A DNA stretch of 64,000 nt from Asterionella formosa (lineage: Eukaryota): contig NKIB01012883.1 of NCBI GenBank assembly GCA_002256025.1, forward strand, positions 1 to 64,000. Direction: 5' to 3'. Position 1 is the first letter of the stretch. The number at the start of each line of letters is the position of its first letter. Below, piece after piece: positions 59,515 through 64,000 of the stretch. The position numbers were made by a program, and so were the translations under genes. A model generated the notes under the pieces. The model had not been told where the DNA came from, did no database searches, and saw nothing but the letters and a program-made list of their open reading frames with translations.

Positions 59515-61329
59515 ATGGATGAGCTCTTTAACATGCTCTCGTCGTCGGCTCGACTGGACAAATCCAAGCGTCCCAAGCGTCAGCGCACATCATTAACTTC
59601 TGCCGTTGCCACCGCTTCCACCACAAAAGCACCAGACTCGAACGAAGAAGCCTCTCGAGATAGAACTGGCAAACGAGACACGTCAGAAGAGAAACAAGAG
59701 CAGGTTCATCGTGAAAGTATTGCAGCCTTTCGACGAAGCATGTTCATCAAACTCTCGGCCAATCACGGTGCCCCAGATCCCATTGCCAGTTTCAAGGAAC
59801 TAGCTTGCCCGTCGTGGTGGAACAACGATAGCCTGTCATTCACCAACACTTATCGGACGATTTTGAAGAACATCGAATCGGGTAAATGGAAGGAGCCCAC
59901 CAGTATTCAGATGCAGGCCATTCCGACGATTATGGCGCGAGAGGACTTTATTGGCTGTGCTCCTACTGGCTCTGGTAAGAGTGGAGCCTTTATTCTTCCC
60001 GCCTTGTTACTGACCAGTGTGAGTGATGTCATTTTCTATGGAACATCTCCTACAGAAACTAGTAATGTTACGAAGAAGAGCAAAAAGAAGAAAACTGCAT
60101 CGTCACCACCTTCACAACAAGGCCATGTAAGGTCGGTCCTTTTAGCGCCTTCCCGTGAACTTGCCGCGCAGCTTCATCGTGAAGTGGAGCGTCTTGGAAT
60201 TGGTAAGCAAGGTGGGTTGCACTCTTTATTGCTTGAACGATCCAATGCATCCAACGTCATTTCTGGGTCAGCTGGTGGTAAACGAGGATTAGATGTGCTA
60301 GTCTCAACACCACTTCGCCTTGTTGATGCAATTGAAAAAGGTATGTCTTTATCTGGTGTTAGATTGATAGTACTAGATGAGGCTGATAGACTCTTGGATG
60401 CTACGGATCAAAAGTTTCAAGACGCTCGAGATGCCAAAGAAGGACAGAATAAGGACGAAACAGGAGATGACAACGATGAAGATGACACTCCAGCACAGCA
60501 ATCTGGATCCACCAGAACAAAAACGTTCTTGGCCCAAATGGATGTTATCTTTAATGCTCTTCCCGCCACTGCCACCAGAGCTCTATTTTCCGCCACAGTA
60601 ACGCCCAGTGTACGTGAGTTATCAGAGAGCATTCTCCGCAATCCTGTGGATGTCACCGTTGCTTCAGGTAAAACTGGTGGTGCAAACACTGACATAGAAC
60701 AAGAGTTGACCTTTGTTGGAAGAGAAGAAGGCAAACTGCTAGCTATTAGACAATTGGTTGCTCGTGGCGAGCTAAAACCTCCAGTCATTGTATTTGTGCA
60801 ATCCCAAGAACGAGCGCAAGCACTCTTTGCAGAGTTGTTATATGATGGCATTCATGTGGATGTAATTCATGCCGGTCGATCTCGTTTGGCTCGAGACAAT
60901 GCTGTCGCCAAGTTTCGCAAGGGTGAAACATGGGTCTTGATATGCACAGATGTCGTATCTCGTGGTGTTGATTTTCGTGCGGTCAATATGGTGATTAATT
61001 ATGATTTGCCATCGTCTGGAATTACCTATGTGCACCGCATTGGACGAACTGGCCGTGCAGGACGAAAGGGAAAAGCAATCACTCTTTTCACTGAAGCTGA
61101 CTTTGACAATTTGAGAACAATTGCCAATGTTATGAAACAGAGCGGATGTGAAGTGCCAGAGTGGATGTTAACTCTGAAACAGACAAGGACAAAGAAGGGA
61201 GCTCCAGAACGACCAAGAGCTACAATTGATACAACCCCACTCTATGACAAAATTAAGAAAAGGAATCGAATGCAGAGCATTCAAAAAAGTAAGAAACAAA
61301 AGACCGAACATGGAAGTAAACAATCCTAA
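59515..61329 (+). CDS. DDX52: DEAD-box RNA helicase DDX52/ROK1
   Basis: PTSIQMQAIP, APTGSGKS, PSRELAAQ, STPLRL, LDEADRL, LFSAT, GREEGKLLAIRQ, PPVIVFVQSQERA, WVLICTDVVSRGVDF, HRIGRTGRAG, GCEVPEWML. Confidence 0.95.
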   Translation: MDELFNMLSSSARLDKSKRPKRQRTSLTSAVATASTTKAPDSNEEASRDRTGKRDTSEEKQEQVHRESIAAFRRSMFIKLSANHGAPDPIASFKELACPSWWNNDSLSFTNTYRTILKNIESGKWKEPTSIQMQAIPTIMAREDFIGCAPTGSGKSGAFILPALLLTSVSDVIFYGTSPTETSNVTKKSKKKKTASSPPSQQGHVRSVLLAPSRELAAQLHREVERLGIGKQGGLHSLLLERSNASNVISGSAGGKRGLDVLVSTPLRLVDAIEKGMSLSGVRLIVLDEADRLLDATDQKFQDARDAKEGQNKDETGDDNDEDDTPAQQSGSTRTKTFLAQMDVIFNALPATATRALFSATVTPSVRELSESILRNPVDVTVASGKTGGANTDIEQELTFVGREEGKLLAIRQLVARGELKPPVIVFVQSQERAQALFAELLYDGIHVDVIHAGRSRLARDNAVAKFRKGETWVLICTDVVSRGVDFRAVNMVINYDLPSSGITYVHRIGRTGRAGRKGKAITLFTEADFDNLRTIANVMKQSGCEVPEWMLTLKQTRTKKGAPERPRATIDTTPLYDKIKKRNRMQSIQKSKKQKTEHGSKQS

Positions 61330-63099
61330 AGAACAATTGATAAGTTGGACGAAGTTTTTCTGACATGCCTAGTTCCAATCATGTGATGGCAATTGGATGC
61401 TTTATTTATATTTAATTATAGTTATGTTTATACCAGTATGAATTATTTTGTTCTACTGGTAGAAGCAACCTGACCAATACAACACACTCTTGGGGCAAAA
61501 AACCTGTGCCATCCCTCATCTTCGAAACAAGATTTTTAATTGCGGGATTGATAGCTGACCCTTTGTGCCTACTCAACGTTCCTTCTATTTAAAAATAACG
61601 AATATTGTTGGGGCAAAAACATCCATTTTCGGGGATTTCAGAAACATTACATATGAATTTGCAATTCATTAAATACCCTGCACTACTGGCATGATACAAG
61701 AGATAAACAAGTTAAAGGGGCGAGCTGCACTAGCTTCAGAATCAACGCAGTAGAATCATGTGCTAACAAGTCATCTCAAGACTATTTAAGTAGCTAGTTT
61801 AATCTTTTGCTGTGGGGTTTAATGCAGCCCTCTCATCTCTATATACATTAACAGATGCTTTAACAGCATTCGTCAATCCATCTTTGTCTAATTTCATAAT
61901 GTTCAAAGTGAAATACTTCAGCAAATGATCAAGGAAGCTGCTTGTTTGTCCAAACAGTTATCATATCCTTGTTTTGTATGGCTGTGTCAACCAGTGGAGT
62001 TGTATGAGATAAATGTGCAACCTGCTACTGCTCCAACGATGTTGATGCTTCAACCTTTCTTGTCTCCTTATCCTGGCCTCGACTTTCTTCGAAATTGACC
62101 TAGCTTGCCGTCTTTGCCCTGTCATTGTCTCCACAAATCTCACCAAGAACAGTCATGCCTTCATTGCAGAGCTGTTGCTTTATTGACATTTGAAACTTTT
62201 TGTAGTCGTTGTCTATATAAATATGCCCCCCCCCGATTCAAGATTTGATACAAAGAAATTCATAAATGGAGGAAACAAAAATATTGTATAATCCTATGGA
62301 ATTTCTACACAGGGATGTACCGCAACAATGTCAAATTCAATTGCTGATTGTTGTTGCCAGAAACATTCACTAACCCTCTTCTCCATCCTTGAATCTCTGA
62401 CAGAATACTGCGTTTGAGATGGCATGGGGAGAGTATTTGAATTATATCAATTTCGAGTTATGAAAAGGAATTTGGGCAGCCATGCAACCAACGATGATGT
62501 AACAGCAATAATCAGGTAGGTGCTGGCCAGCAAGCAAGGAAAGGTTTGGAGCCTCCAGGATCTCCTTCATTCTTGTAGAAGTGCTATCAAAATAATATTG
62601 GAATTTTCACATGGATGATCAACAGGGACAATGAAGAATGGCATCATATTCAACAATTGTTGGCCAATCAAATGACAATCAACCTGAAAAACTCACTGGA
62701 CTGAAGAGCATCTAGCTAGAAGCATTCCAAAAAAGTAGCTCATCTGCCTCAAATTGACGAGCACTTGTGGGTATTAGATCTCTCTCCATTTTAGCTTTAA
62801 CAGTTCATCATCTGATGCAGGTTGCCATAATTACATAAAAAACGATGATGGTAGGCTAGTCGAGCTATGCAAGGGGTCTCGATATTTCTACTATGACTGT
62901 AATAATATCGAATAATTTTTTTTTTCACAATATAATTTTAAAGTGCATTTAAGCTGTCTGAAATTGCACTTGTGCCCATCATAGGACACGAGGGTCCTTC
63001 TATCGACTCCTTTTACACTTTTACAAACCCCTGGTCTTCTTCCATATCCTTGTTGCCACGCCAGAGCTCTATTTCCTATTTCCTCCCTCTGCGTCTGAT

Positions 63100-63560
63100 A
63101 CCATGCGTTGAAAGCTAAGTCGATTGTTTCTTCTCACTGTCTCTTGTCGATCAAATTATGTCTTCGAATCCCCACCTCTACCAGTAATAAAAATAGAGTC
63201 CTATCCTCTCCCTGATTTGGTGTGTGTCATATTTCTATCGCTGGCTTTTCTGGTTATCCACCTGTTTGAGTTGTTTTGTGTGTTGCTCCTCTGCTGAGTT
63301 GCCATATAATTCGCTATTGCGGAAAATCCAACTCGCTGTCCCCATATGCCACAAACTTGTAATTAATCTTTCACTCCACCCATCTGCTTGGGCTATATCG
63401 GTGTGTTTTCTTTCTTGGCAATACGCCATACTTGCCAAACTCCAATTTTAAGCACTCGCCCTCGAAAGGCCTGATGCCATCCAATGTCCATCTGAAAAGT
63501 ATCGAATAATATTTTACTACAAATTTAGAAAAAGATGGACGAGCTAAATTGATTTGCATC
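63100..63560 (-). mobile_element. Second decayed non-LTR retrotransposon C-terminal fragment
   Basis: Minus strand QMDIGWHQAFRGR, frameshift, then AYCQ...WSERLITSLW....SWIFRNSELYG, paralleling the 22849-23235 fragment. Confidence 0.6.
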
Positions 63561-63643
63561 CTTTATTAAGAACGAGACTTCTAGTACACGTTCCTAGTAG
63601 GGATATACCAGAGCAAAAAATATGATCTGCACCCGAATCCCTG

Positions 63644-64000
63644 CGTACCGGTACTCAGTAAAAAGTATTCGTTTGATGGGGGGGTCCAGAATACTGAAGT
63701 TGTGGAGTTTCCCTTACCTCCCTGATGTTGCCTTGAGGATTGTTTGTCTATTGCTGCAGCCATGCCATAGTTAGTATAGTACCTGGTACCCAGTACCAGG
63801 TACCAGTAGAACATCAAACATAGATGGATGGATTCATAGTACCACCTGGTACCTCGTACCTACCAGGTACAACGAGCAAGGGGAGCGAAAATCATGATGG
63901 CTTTCCGGTTACTCTTCATTCTTTATTATATATGCCAGTATACCGGGCCCTGTATATGTATTGCCTATTTATGTGATGTATGATACATACCGGGACCAGG
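63644..64000. repeat. GGTACC motif array (probably upstream of a gene beyond the window)
   Basis: GTACCTGGTACCCAGTACCAGGTACCAGT and related words. Confidence 0.75.

Noticed and set aside
61540..63010. Possible degenerate terminal inverted repeats (61541-61575 vs 62982-63010)
   Set aside because: Only a short gapped similarity, with no TSD or transposase recognised

Overview
Eukaryotic nuclear DNA, most likely from a diatom. This is inferred from bipartite signal + (A/S)-F plastid presequences on ALB3, IMPase and a small membrane protein, short 70-170 nt introns and compact genes. About 22 protein genes are supported: RBM22, GEN1, TPT1, cyclophilin, RAD9, a GT14 glycosyltransferase, an ankyrin/LRR-like protein, TRAPPC2, GNB1L/ASA1, TauE, IMPase, PHO88/SND3, a CTL choline transporter, ALB3, a Sec66-like protein, a metallophosphoesterase, prefoldin 3, a Tmm-like FMO, VPS53, nicastrin, DDX52, plus two unassigned ORFs. 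Gene clusters are separated by AT-rich, stop-ridden, CpG-poor blocks containing decayed Mutator-like, non-LTR and other transposon relics. The most striking unexplained signal is a family of palindromic arrays built from GGTACC, ACCGGT and ACCWGGT words, with perfect palindromes up to 28 bp. These arrays lie 5' of nearly every gene and are nearly absent from convergent 3' gaps, suggesting a promoter-associated DNA architecture. All family assignments come from recalled motifs, not database searches; the limits of repeat and relic regions are approximate.
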